DNA of 64,000 bases from NCBI GenBank assembly GCA_037076615.1, contig AP029158.1, positions 197,470 through 261,469 of the forward strand, given 5' to 3'. Below are positions 37,833 to 46,688 of this stretch, piece by piece. Within the stretch, counting starts at the first letter, position 1. Each line of letters begins with the position of its first letter. Under the pieces are notes generated by a model. That model had not been told where the DNA came from. It ran no database searches and saw only the letters and a program-made list of their open reading frames with translations. Source of the stretch: Candidatus Parcubacteria bacterium. Its GTDB lineage: Bacteria; Patescibacteriota; Patescibacteriia; Patescibacteriales; UBA12465. The translations under genes and the position numbers were made by a program.

Positions 37833-38696
37833 ATGTTCGGAAAAAAAATATTATTATTATTTATTTTTTTAGGACTGGTGGTCTTTTTTTTGTGGTATCA
37901 AAATAATCACTTAACAGTTAGCACTTACGAATTTTCGGTGGGGCCGGAAGGCGGACAAGGGGTAAGAAAAGAAACAATTAAGATTAAAACCGCTAAAGAT
38001 GATTCTTTTTCCATTGTTCATCTAAGCGACTTACATAATAAAAGTTTTGGCGACAATAATGAAAAACTGTTGGAAAAAATAAAAAGTGCTAATCCCGATC
38101 TAATTTTCATTACTGGTGACATTATCGATTCGCACCGGGCTGGGTCGGACCAGGCACTTAATTTAGTTCGGGGCTTAAAGGAGCAGGGGCCGGTTTATTT
38201 TGTTTCGGGGAATCATGAAAAATGGTGCGGCACTTATCCTGCTCTTCAAGCCGAGTTAAGAATGGCGGGGGTGGTAATTTTAAATAATGAAACTGTGCTT
38301 TTAGAGAACCAAACCGGGCGAAAAATACTTTTGGCGGGAATTAATGATCCTGATTTTTCTTCTTTGGAAGAATGGCAAGAAGATTTGCAACTTTTAGGCG
38401 CAGAGGCCGAGAATTATTTTTCTGTTTTACTCTCACACCGACCAGAGCGATTTAGTGATTATGTTGCCGCCGGGTTTGATTTATCTTTAGTGGGCCATGC
38501 TCATGGTGGTCAATGGCGCCTACCGGGGGTGGGTGGACTCGTGGCTCCCAATCAGGGCCTATTCCCTAAATATGACAGCGGCCAGTATCAAAAAGTAACA
38601 TCAACGATGCTCGTTTCCCGGGGGTTGGGTAATAGTATTATGCCTTTACGCCTCTTTAATCTTCCAGAAATAATTTCTGTACAAATTAATTTCTAA
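37833..38696 (+). CDS. Calcineurin-like metallophosphoesterase (YkuE-like), N-terminally anchored
   Basis: HLSDLHN, ITGDIID, GNHE, LSHRP and GHAHGGQ motifs in canonical order. Confidence 0.88.
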   Translation: MFGKKILLLFIFLGLVVFFLWYQNNHLTVSTYEFSVGPEGGQGVRKETIKIKTAKDDSFSIVHLSDLHNKSFGDNNEKLLEKIKSANPDLIFITGDIIDSHRAGSDQALNLVRGLKEQGPVYFVSGNHEKWCGTYPALQAELRMAGVVILNNETVLLENQTGRKILLAGINDPDFSSLEEWQEDLQLLGAEAENYFSVLLSHRPERFSDYVAAGFDLSLVGHAHGGQWRLPGVGGLVAPNQGLFPKYDSGQYQKVTSTMLVSRGLGNSIMPLRLFNLPEIISVQINF

Positions 38697-38702
38697 AAAA
38701 AA

Positions 38703-38730
38703 TCTCCCGACTCTCGGGAGATTTTTTTTT
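38703..38730. terminator. Bidirectional terminator
   Basis: tctcccga-ctc-tcgggaga hairpin flanked by A8 and T9. Confidence 0.7.
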
Positions 38731-39142
38731 AAAGCCGTTGCGCCAATTCTTGGAGGGTTGGCGTGAGGGCAATTAATTTTTTTTGCTGAGGGGCGGGGAA
38801 GTTATCTTCGGCAAAGTCTTTCAAGCGCTCCAGACCTTCGGCTAATTTTTCGCGTCCAGCCCGGCTTAATTCGATCAAGCTGCTTCTGGCATCATGGGGA
38901 TCCGGTTGCCGTTTTACTAAACCAATTTTAATCATCGGTAATAATAAGCGGGTCACCCCCGAAGGAGTGAGGCCCATCAGATCTGCTAGCTGAGCAGCAC
39001 GTAATTTTTCGGGAGCGGCCGCTAAGTGCTCCATGATTAAAAGCTCATGAAGACTGAGACCATTTAAAGCGGCGTCTAGACGGCGCGCCAATTTGGCCTG
39101 AAAACGGGCGTTAGCACTTAAATAATTTAACATAGTAGTCAT
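38729..39142 (-). CDS. MarR-family transcriptional regulator
   Basis: Winged-HTH layout: LSLHELLIMEHLAAAPEKLRAAQLADLMGLTPSGVTRLLLPMIKIGLVKRQPDPHDARSSLIELSRAGRE. Confidence 0.85.
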   Translation of the reverse strand: MTTMLNYLSANARFQAKLARRLDAALNGLSLHELLIMEHLAAAPEKLRAAQLADLMGLTPSGVTRLLLPMIKIGLVKRQPDPHDARSSLIELSRAGREKLAEGLERLKDFAEDNFPAPQQKKLIALTPTLQELAQRL

Positions 39143-39214
39143 TGATTAGTAATTGATTACTCAAGTATATCGATTTTAAAAAAAATGTCAAGAAGGCCAG
39201 GAGGCGGCCCCTTT

Positions 39215-39712
39215 TTAAGCAATCTTTTTAATTGTCCAGGTCTGGTCGCCTTTAGGTTGTGACCAAATAAAGTCATCGCCAACTTTTTTCCCAAGCAGGG
39301 CGGCGCCGAGCCGAGATTGATAAGAGATAATGCCGGCACCAGGATTGGTTTCCGTGCCGCCAAGAATTAGAAAGACTTTTTCTTGCTCGCCATTAGTGAT
39401 CGTTACCCGGTGACCGATATCTACTTCAGTATTATTCTGAGGAGCAATTATTTGTGCCCGATTTAAAAGATTTTCTAAATCAATAATTCTTTGGTTGAGC
39501 CCGCGCAAGCGCCCCTTGGCTAATTGATAGCCAGCGTTTTCTGAAAAATCCCCCATTAATGCTAAGCGTTGGACTTCGGCTGCCTCGCGTGGTCGTTTAA
39601 TTTTAACAAAATAATCCAAGCGCTTCTTAAGCTCGTCGTAGCGTTCCGGAGTTAGATAATAATCAGTTTCCCGGAAAGTATATTTACTGCCTTTACGAAT
39701 TGGTTGGCGCAT
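39215..39712 (-). CDS. greA: Transcription elongation factor GreA
   Basis: Coiled-coil tip motif GDFSENAGYQLAK and a C-terminal domain ISYQSRLGAALLGKKVGD. Confidence 0.88.
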   Translation of the reverse strand: MRQPIRKGSKYTFRETDYYLTPERYDELKKRLDYFVKIKRPREAAEVQRLALMGDFSENAGYQLAKGRLRGLNQRIIDLENLLNRAQIIAPQNNTEVDIGHRVTITNGEQEKVFLILGGTETNPGAGIISYQSRLGAALLGKKVGDDFIWSQPKGDQTWTIKKIA

Positions 39713-39859
39713 GATTATAAGATAATTTTAATCACTAGGCTGATATTATATCGTAAATTAATTTTTTTGTTAAAAAACCAGTTCCCCGGGGGCTGAAAAA
39801 ATGATAAACTGAAAGAATAATAAAATCTTAAGAGCGCCTCCAGACTCTTAAAATAAAAT

Positions 39860-41950
39860 ATGAAAAATCTTGATTTAATCTTTAATCCTCGCAGCGTTGC
39901 TGTTGTCGGTGCTTCTCGGCGCGCCGGCAGCGTGGGCAACGAAATCGCGAAAAATTTAGTTAAAAATTTTCCGGGTTCAGTTTTTTTAGTTAACCCCAAA
40001 GCGAAAAGACTTTTAGGGCAAACCTGTTACGCTGATTTAGCGGCAATCAAAAAACCGGTGGATTTATTAGTGATTGCTGTGCCGGCTGCTTTGGTGCCAA
40101 GTGTTTTAGAGGTTGGCGGCCAATTGGGTATCAAAGGGGCGGTGGTCATTTCTGCCGGCTTTAAAGAAGCGGGGGGTGCCAATCTGGAGGCGGAACTGGT
40201 CGCGATCAGTAAAAAATATAAGATTAATTTAATTGGCCCTAACTGTTTGGGGGTGATTAATCCGGAGAAAAAATTGAATGCTTCTTTTGCCGGTCTCATG
40301 CCGCCGCGCGGAGAACTCGCCTTTATCTCTCAGAGCGGCGCTCTCGGTACCGCCATTTTAGATGTGGCCGCCGGTCTGGGTTTAGGCTTTTCTAAATTTA
40401 TCAGTATTGGCAATAAAGCCGTAATTGATGAGGCGAAGATGTTAGCTTATTTAAAAAAAGATAAAGCTACTAAAGTCGTCGGTCTTTATGCCGAACAATT
40501 AACTAATCCCGATGAATTATTAAAGCAATTTCGCTCTTTGACGCTCGGCTCCGCGCCTAAGCCGGTGGTAGTTTTAAAGTCTGGGCGTACTCCTGCCGGG
40601 GCGGGAGCAAGTGCTTCTCACACTGGCTCTTTAGCCGGTAATGACGCCGCCTATCAAGCCTTATTTAATCAGAGTGGGGTGATTCGGGCGCGCACTGTTA
40701 AAGAGCTTTTTGATTATCTGCGTATCTTTTACAGCAACCCCTTAGGGGCGGCGAAAAAGGTAGCGCTGGTCACTAATGCCGGTGGCCCGGGGGTTTTAGC
40801 GGTCGACGTTTTAACGGCGCGCGGTTTGTCGTTGGCCTCATTATCAACAAAAACTCAAGCCGCTTTAAAGAAAGTATTACCGGCAGCGGCCAGTGTTAGT
40901 AACCCGGTTGATCTTTTAGGCGATGCGCCCGCGCGCCGCTATCAAGAATCTTTAGAAATCTTAAATAAAGATAAAAATGTTGATGCCTTTTTAGCGATTC
41001 TGACACCACAATCAATGACCGAAATTGATGCTACCGCGCAAGCTTTAATGGCGTTTAAGAAAAAAACTAAACGCCCCCTAGCGGTTGTCTTTATGGGGCA
41101 AGAATTAAGCGCCCGAGGACGGGAATTATTATGCGCCAATAAAGTGGCGGTTTATGCTTGGCCGGAAGCGGCGGCACACGCTCTGGCAACCTTGAATGAT
41201 TTTTGTGAGCACCGAAAAATTAAGCGCGGGGCGGTTCCAGTTTTTAAAGATTTGAAAAAAGAGCGAGTTGCGAAAATCTTAAGTGCTGCCAAGGCCCACG
41301 GGGTTAAAGCTTTACCAGAGCCGGAGGTTCAGGAAATATTTAAAGCTTACGGCTTGCCCGTGCTCCGGAGTTATCGAGTTAAGAGCGCGGCTGGCGCGCA
41401 AGAAGTGGGCAAAAAAATAAAAACGACTCTAGTTTTAAAAATTATTTCGCCGGATATTTTACATAAAAGTGACGCCGGCGGAGTGTTGTTGAATGTGCCC
41501 GCTAACCAGGCGGGACGAGCCTATCGAGAATTAATCAAGCGCGTCAAAGCTAAAAATCCTCGCACTAAAATTGAGGGAGTACTAATTAGTGAAATGATTA
41601 GTGGTGGGCAAGAGTTGATTATTGGCAGCGTTCGGGAACCTTCTTTAGGGGCTACGATCATGGTTGGTTTGGGAGGAATTTATACAGAAATTTTGCAAGA
41701 TGTCGCCTTCGGCCTGAACCCGCTGACCAAAACCGATGTTAAATTAATGCTAAAGCAACTTAAAGGGGCAAGGATTTTAGCGGGCGCGCGCGGCCAAGGG
41801 GCACTTGATCAGGAAGCGCTGATTAATTGTATTTTACGCTTAGCCCAACTCGTTAAAGATTGGCCGCAAATAAAAGAAGTTGATATTAATCCTCTCGTTA
41901 TTAAAGAGCAGGGTGCCATTGCTTTAGATGGCCGAATGATTATTGATTAA
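39860..41950 (+). CDS. ADP-forming acetyl-CoA synthetase (fused CoA-binding/ligase-CoA and ATP-grasp domains)
   Basis: PRSVAVVGASRRAGSVGNEI, GPNCLGV, FISQSGALG, a phospho-His loop SASHTGSLAG, and a C-terminal ATP-grasp (VLKIISPDILHKSDAGGVLLNV). Confidence 0.85.
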   Translation: MKNLDLIFNPRSVAVVGASRRAGSVGNEIAKNLVKNFPGSVFLVNPKAKRLLGQTCYADLAAIKKPVDLLVIAVPAALVPSVLEVGGQLGIKGAVVISAGFKEAGGANLEAELVAISKKYKINLIGPNCLGVINPEKKLNASFAGLMPPRGELAFISQSGALGTAILDVAAGLGLGFSKFISIGNKAVIDEAKMLAYLKKDKATKVVGLYAEQLTNPDELLKQFRSLTLGSAPKPVVVLKSGRTPAGAGASASHTGSLAGNDAAYQALFNQSGVIRARTVKELFDYLRIFYSNPLGAAKKVALVTNAGGPGVLAVDVLTARGLSLASLSTKTQAALKKVLPAAASVSNPVDLLGDAPARRYQESLEILNKDKNVDAFLAILTPQSMTEIDATAQALMAFKKKTKRPLAVVFMGQELSARGRELLCANKVAVYAWPEAAAHALATLNDFCEHRKIKRGAVPVFKDLKKERVAKILSAAKAHGVKALPEPEVQEIFKAYGLPVLRSYRVKSAAGAQEVGKKIKTTLVLKIISPDILHKSDAGGVLLNVPANQAGRAYRELIKRVKAKNPRTKIEGVLISEMISGGQELIIGSVREPSLGATIMVGLGGIYTEILQDVAFGLNPLTKTDVKLMLKQLKGARILAGARGQGALDQEALINCILRLAQLVKDWPQIKEVDINPLVIKEQGAIALDGRMIID

Positions 41951-41953
41951 AAA

Positions 41954-41982
41954 AGCCGCGGTTAACCGCGGCTTTTTTTTTA
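41954..41982. terminator. Bidirectional terminator
   Basis: agccgcgg-ttaa-ccgcggct hairpin flanked by A-runs and T-runs. Confidence 0.7.
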
Positions 41983-41996
41983 GAGAGTAATTTTTT

Positions 41997-42569
41997 TTAG
42001 AGCGCTTCAACAATTTTACAAATCTCGGTAAAGATTTTTTCAATACTTTTTTCGCCATCAAGACGATGAAGTTTGCCCTGGGATTCATAGTGAGCACAAA
42101 GTGGGACAGATTCTTCGCGAAAAACATTAATTCGGTTTTGGACGACGGCGCTATCTTGGTCATCTTTGCGGACCTCGACCGTCAGGCGGCTACTGATCCG
42201 CTCATGAACGGTTTCATCACTGACCTCTAATAAAATACAGGCATCAACTTTTGCTCCTGTCGCTGTTAGAAGCTCATCGAGCATGACGGCTTGTTCTTGT
42301 TTGCGCGGGAAACCGTCAAAAACCAGACCGACAGTTTTAGCTTGCTCGGCCACTGATCCGAGGGCGGCTAAAATAATATCATCGGGAACTAAAAGCCCAT
42401 TTTCAACAATATCCTTCGCTTTAGCGCCAACTTCTGAGCCCGATTCTATCAAGGCTCTTAATTTTTCACCCATAGAAAAATGGTGCCAACCATATTTTTC
42501 TTCCAATAATTTGGCTTGGGTGCTTTTGCCCGAGGCAGGCAGGCCGTACATGACAATTACTTTTTTCAT
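41997..42569 (-). CDS. adk: Adenylate kinase (short-LID type)
   Basis: P-loop GLPASGKSTQA, GLLVPDDI, VFDGFPRKQEQA, RKDDQDSAVVQNRINVF. Confidence 0.8.
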   Translation of the reverse strand: MKKVIVMYGLPASGKSTQAKLLEEKYGWHHFSMGEKLRALIESGSEVGAKAKDIVENGLLVPDDIILAALGSVAEQAKTVGLVFDGFPRKQEQAVMLDELLTATGAKVDACILLEVSDETVHERISSRLTVEVRKDDQDSAVVQNRINVFREESVPLCAHYESQGKLHRLDGEKSIEKIFTEICKIVEAL

Positions 42570-42662
42570 AATTTTTATTTAATCAAAGTTTATCATAGCC
42601 TAAGCTTCTTAACTTGGCAACGCTGGCTTGGGCCGGATTTCAAAAGGTGTTAAAATGGAGAT

Positions 42663-43886
42663 ATGGAAAATTATGCCCCTTTAGCGGCCTCTTTTCGCCC
42701 CCAAAATTTAAGTGAATTTGTCGGCCAAGAACGAGTCATTGGACCGGATTCTTGGTTGCGCCAAGCAATTAAGGATGACAAAGTTTCCTCTTTGCTCTTT
42801 TGGGGGCCGCCGGGATCGGGAAAAACAACTCTGGCTTTAATTATTGCTAAAGTAACTAAGTCGGAGTTTGTCGAAATATCGGCTACCAGTAGCGGCAAAA
42901 AAGATCTGCAGTTAATTATTGAACGGGCTCAGCAAGCGCGCCGCTTGGGCAAGAAAACTTTATTATTTATTGACGAAATCCACCGCTGGAATAAAGCACA
43001 GCAAGATTCCTTGTTGCCACAGGTGGAACGCGGGGTTATTACTTTAATTGGGGCAACCACGGAAAATCCCAGTTTTGCCGTTAACGGTGCTTTACTCTCC
43101 CGCGTTAAAGTGGTGGTGTTAGAGGCTTTATCGGAGCAAGATTTGGAGAAAATTGTTACTCAAGCCGCTAAACGTTCGGGGTTTAAAGGCAAAAAAGACG
43201 CTTGGCGCCTGATTGCGCGCCTGGCTAATGGTGATGCCAGAAAAGCGCTTAATCTTTTAGAGAGCGCCGGTGATAGCGGGGAGCTTATTGATACTGCTTT
43301 GGTAAAAAAAATAATTGATAAGCCTAGTTTACTTTACGACAAGAGCGGCGAAGAGCACTACAATTTAATTTCCGCTTTGCATAAATCGATGCGCGGTGGT
43401 GACGCCGACGCTGCTATTTATTGGTTGGGGCGGATGCTGGCCGGCGGGGAAGATCCGCTCTATATTGCCCGTCGCTTAATTCGTTTTGCTTCAGAAGATA
43501 TTGGTTTGGCTAATAACAGTGCCTTACTTTTAGCCAACGCTGTTTATGATGCTTGTCATAAAACCGGTCTGCCGGAATGCGGCGTTAATTTAGCTCACGC
43601 CGTGGCCTACTTGACGAAATCGCCTAAGAGTATTGCTGTTTATCAGGCTTATAACGAGGTCCAAGCGGAAATAAATGAAAGTGGTAACCTGCCAGTGCCG
43701 CTTCACATTAGAAATGCGCCGACGAAATTAATGAAGGATTTGGGCTACAGTAAAAACTATAAATATACGCCTTTAGTTGATTCCTCCGGGCAAACTTATT
43801 TACCGGAAAAGTTAGTGGGTCGAAAATTTATGCCTACTGCTTCACTGAATAAAGTTAAAGAAAAAGCCAAGAAAGATAAAAGTTAA
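42663..43886 (+). CDS. rarA: Replication-associated recombination protein A (AAA+ ATPase)
   Basis: RPQNLSEFVGQE, Walker A GPPGSGKTT, Walker B LFIDEIHRWNKAQQD, GATTENPSF, MRGGDADAAIYWLGRML. Confidence 0.92.
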   Translation: MENYAPLAASFRPQNLSEFVGQERVIGPDSWLRQAIKDDKVSSLLFWGPPGSGKTTLALIIAKVTKSEFVEISATSSGKKDLQLIIERAQQARRLGKKTLLFIDEIHRWNKAQQDSLLPQVERGVITLIGATTENPSFAVNGALLSRVKVVVLEALSEQDLEKIVTQAAKRSGFKGKKDAWRLIARLANGDARKALNLLESAGDSGELIDTALVKKIIDKPSLLYDKSGEEHYNLISALHKSMRGGDADAAIYWLGRMLAGGEDPLYIARRLIRFASEDIGLANNSALLLANAVYDACHKTGLPECGVNLAHAVAYLTKSPKSIAVYQAYNEVQAEINESGNLPVPLHIRNAPTKLMKDLGYSKNYKYTPLVDSSGQTYLPEKLVGRKFMPTASLNKVKEKAKKDKS

Positions 43887-43887
43887 T

Positions 43888-44562
43888 TTAAAGTTTTTTA
43901 GACGCTAATTTATAACCGCGGCCCGGAAAAGTGTGAATCAGGTCTTTCCCGCCCGCGTTTTTTAATTTCCGCCGCAGGTTTAAAATATGCGTGTCTAAAG
44001 TGTTGGAAAAGGGGTCCATGTTCATATCCCAAACATTTTCCATAATAATTTCTCGCGAATTAATGACGTTCGGATGGCGCATCAGGTATTCTAAAATACA
44101 GTATTCTTTGCGGGTTAAATTGAGTGTGCGGCCGTGTCTTTGTGCCAGGTGTTGAACTAAATCTAAAGACAGGTCATTGATCTTTAAAACTTCTGCTTGC
44201 CAGGTGGGCGGTCGTCTTAGTAGGGCATGGACTCGCCAAAGGAGCTCGTCTAGTAAAAAGGGTTTGGTTAGAAAATCATCCGCCCCCAGTTTGAAGGCCT
44301 CAATTTTTCGATCATGGTCGCCGCAGACGGTGAGCATCAAGATGGGGGTATTTTTTTCGCGGCGCACTTCTTCAATGACCGCTAACCCGTTTTGTTTGGG
44401 GAGGTGGTAGTCAACGATCAGGAGGTCGTAGCTGTTGGTGCGAGCCAAAAATGAACCTTGCTGACCATCAAGAGCTAAATCGACAGTGTAGGCGCGGCTC
44501 TCAAGCCCGGATTTCAGAAAGCGCCCAATCGCGTTCTCGTCTTCAATGATGAGAATTTTCAT
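43888..44562 (-). CDS. OmpR-family response regulator (no cognate kinase in the window)
   Basis: Receiver domain MKILIIEDE...LLIVDYHLP...KPF, with a winged-helix output LTRKEYCILEYLMRH...GRGYKL. Start taken at ATG 44562. Confidence 0.9.
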   Translation of the reverse strand: MKILIIEDENAIGRFLKSGLESRAYTVDLALDGQQGSFLARTNSYDLLIVDYHLPKQNGLAVIEEVRREKNTPILMLTVCGDHDRKIEAFKLGADDFLTKPFLLDELLWRVHALLRRPPTWQAEVLKINDLSLDLVQHLAQRHGRTLNLTRKEYCILEYLMRHPNVINSREIIMENVWDMNMDPFSNTLDTHILNLRRKLKNAGGKDLIHTFPGRGYKLASKKL

Positions 44563-44700
44563 AAGCAAAAAATTAGTTTATAAATTTTTGATAATTATAG
44601 AAAAACAGCCTTAATTTTTCTTAAAGTTAGCAAGTTTAAATTGAGTTTTTCTTTAAACTAGTAAAGAGCCATCGCTCGCGCGGTCATTCTCTTTATTCTC

Positions 44701-44729
44701 TTGACTAAAAGACATTTTATTGTTAATTT
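44701..44729 (+). promoter_or_regulatory. Candidate promoter of the efflux operon (TTGACT-17-TAATTT)
   Basis: ttgact at 44701-44706 and taattt at 44724-44729. An 8-bp inverted repeat agtttaaa/tttaaact lies upstream at 44633-44659. Confidence 0.4.
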
Positions 44730-44785
44730 GAGGGGTGCTTTTAGAAATAAAATCGACGGGTTTAAGAATAAAAAATGGTAAACAT

Positions 44786-46684
44786 ATGAAAAAGTTTTTT
44801 CTGATAGTTTTTTTAATTGGCTTGTCTTTAACTTTAAGTGCTTGCGGTCCGGCCGCTGAGGAGCAGGCTGAAGAGATAAGGCCGGCAGTGGTTTCTGGGC
44901 GAACCGTTTTAGAGACTTTAACTTGGGAGCAAGAATTATCTTATCCGGGAATAGTCTCCTCGGAGAGTGAAGCCAAAATTATCGCGAAAACCGGCGGCAC
45001 CATCTCCGGCTTTGATGTCGCCATTGGTACTAAAGTTGCTCCTGGTCAGGAGTTAGGACGCATTGATGATCAAGCTGGAGTAAATGGTAATAATTTTAAT
45101 GCGGGGCAGGTTAAGCAGGCGCAAATTGGCGTGGAGCAAGCGCAAACTGCTTATCAATTGGCCCGAACTAGTTATGAAAATTTATTGCTCTCTTCCACTA
45201 AAGATTTAAAGAGCGCCGAATTATCTTTGACGCAGGCGACTACCAATGAAAAAAATTTAACGATCACTGCTGGCGAAGGTTTTAAGAGCGCCGAATTAGC
45301 TTATGAAACCGCCAAAATCGCCACCGAGCAAGCGCAAACCAATTTAACTTCCGGCCGAAAGCAATTAGCGCAAGCGGAGGCGGACGCCCTAGAAAATGCT
45401 ACTTTAGCCGCTGATTCCGCCATTGCTACCGCCGGCACTCTTTTAGGTGGTCTCAATAATATGGCGGCTTTTGATGATAATGGGGTCGTTAATATCGATT
45501 ATTCTTTAAGTTTGGGCGCCTTAGAAGCCGGTTCTTACGGCCAGGCGGAGTGGGCTTATGAGCAAGCTAAAGATCTTTATGATAATAGTTTAAAGGGTGA
45601 TTATCCGGATGTCCCGGCGCGGCTAAAAGCAGCGACAACGGTTTTAAAAGAAACAAAAGCGGCGGTTGATGCCACTAAACATTTATTGGAAAAAAGTATT
45701 CCTTCCGCCGCTCTGCCACAAGCAGCGGCGATGGGTGTGTCTTTATCAGGCTTACAGCAACAGGTAGCGGCTTATCAAACTCAAGCCAATGGTGCCTTAG
45801 CGCAAGCGCAAGCCGCCGAACAGGGGTTAAATAATTTAGATCTCAGTCGCCAAACGACGATTCAGAATTTAGAAAAATCTTATCAGCTGGCGCAACAGCA
45901 GGAAGCGGCGGCGGCGCAGAATTTAAATAATTTGCGAGCCGGCAACACTTCACAACAAGATCAAGCTGGTTTAGCGGCCGACTTGGCGCAAAATCAGTTT
46001 GAGAATTTGAAGGTTAAAATGTCATCGCAATTAGCCGCGGCCCGATCCCAAATGGATAGTGCCCGGCTGCAATATGAGAATGCGCAAATTGCTTTGCAAA
46101 ATTTATTTGATGTTCATTCGATTATCGCCCCGATTAGCGGCACGTTAACTGGCCGGACGGTCAATAATGGTGATACGGTTGGGGCGGGACAAGTGGTCGC
46201 CACCGTTAGTCAGGTCGAAAAATTGAAAGTGCGTTTTTATTTGGAGGCTGATCGTCTTTCTGATATTCAAGCGGGGATGGCGGCCGTGGTTAAAGATAAT
46301 TCCGGCCGCGAATATTCCGGCGTCATTAGTTCCGTATCCCAGCAACCGGATGAGTGGTCGCGGCGCTTTTTAGCCGAGTTATCTTTGGAACAAGACGAGG
46401 GTTTGGTGATCGGTTCGGTTGTGGATGTTAAGATTAAGATTACCCAAACTTTGAAAGCGGACGCTGGTGTATCCTGGTTGCCTTTATCAGCCTTAACTAT
46501 CGGTCAAAGCGAAACTAAGATTTTAGTTTTTGCTAATGGCTACGCTCGTGAACAGATTGTTACCGTTGCCGAAGTTCAAGGAGAAATGGCTAAAGTTGAA
46601 ACAGGCTTAGGCTTAGAAGAAATAATTATTACCGCGGGCAATAAATTAGTGGGGCCGGGGCAGGCAATTACACTTAGCGAATAA
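44786..46684 (+). CDS. RND/MFP periplasmic adaptor subunit (HlyD-like) lipoprotein with an unusually long coiled coil
   Basis: Lipobox LTLSAC after MKKFFLIVFLIG. Barrel-sandwich/lipoyl motifs (IIAKTGGTISGFDV..., IIAPISGTLTG). The intervening A/Q-rich helical region is ~330 aa. Confidence 0.8.
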   Translation: MKKFFLIVFLIGLSLTLSACGPAAEEQAEEIRPAVVSGRTVLETLTWEQELSYPGIVSSESEAKIIAKTGGTISGFDVAIGTKVAPGQELGRIDDQAGVNGNNFNAGQVKQAQIGVEQAQTAYQLARTSYENLLLSSTKDLKSAELSLTQATTNEKNLTITAGEGFKSAELAYETAKIATEQAQTNLTSGRKQLAQAEADALENATLAADSAIATAGTLLGGLNNMAAFDDNGVVNIDYSLSLGALEAGSYGQAEWAYEQAKDLYDNSLKGDYPDVPARLKAATTVLKETKAAVDATKHLLEKSIPSAALPQAAAMGVSLSGLQQQVAAYQTQANGALAQAQAAEQGLNNLDLSRQTTIQNLEKSYQLAQQQEAAAAQNLNNLRAGNTSQQDQAGLAADLAQNQFENLKVKMSSQLAAARSQMDSARLQYENAQIALQNLFDVHSIIAPISGTLTGRTVNNGDTVGAGQVVATVSQVEKLKVRFYLEADRLSDIQAGMAAVVKDNSGREYSGVISSVSQQPDEWSRRFLAELSLEQDEGLVIGSVVDVKIKITQTLKADAGVSWLPLSALTIGQSETKILVFANGYAREQIVTVAEVQGEMAKVETGLGLEEIIITAGNKLVGPGQAITLSE

Positions 46685-46688
46685 TTTT

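Noticed and set aside
39157-39363. 68-aa ORF overlapping the 3' end of greA, and the 39715-39999 minus ORF upstream of the ACS gene
   Set aside because: They are out-of-frame overlaps with well-supported genes or promoter DNA, with no recognisable features.
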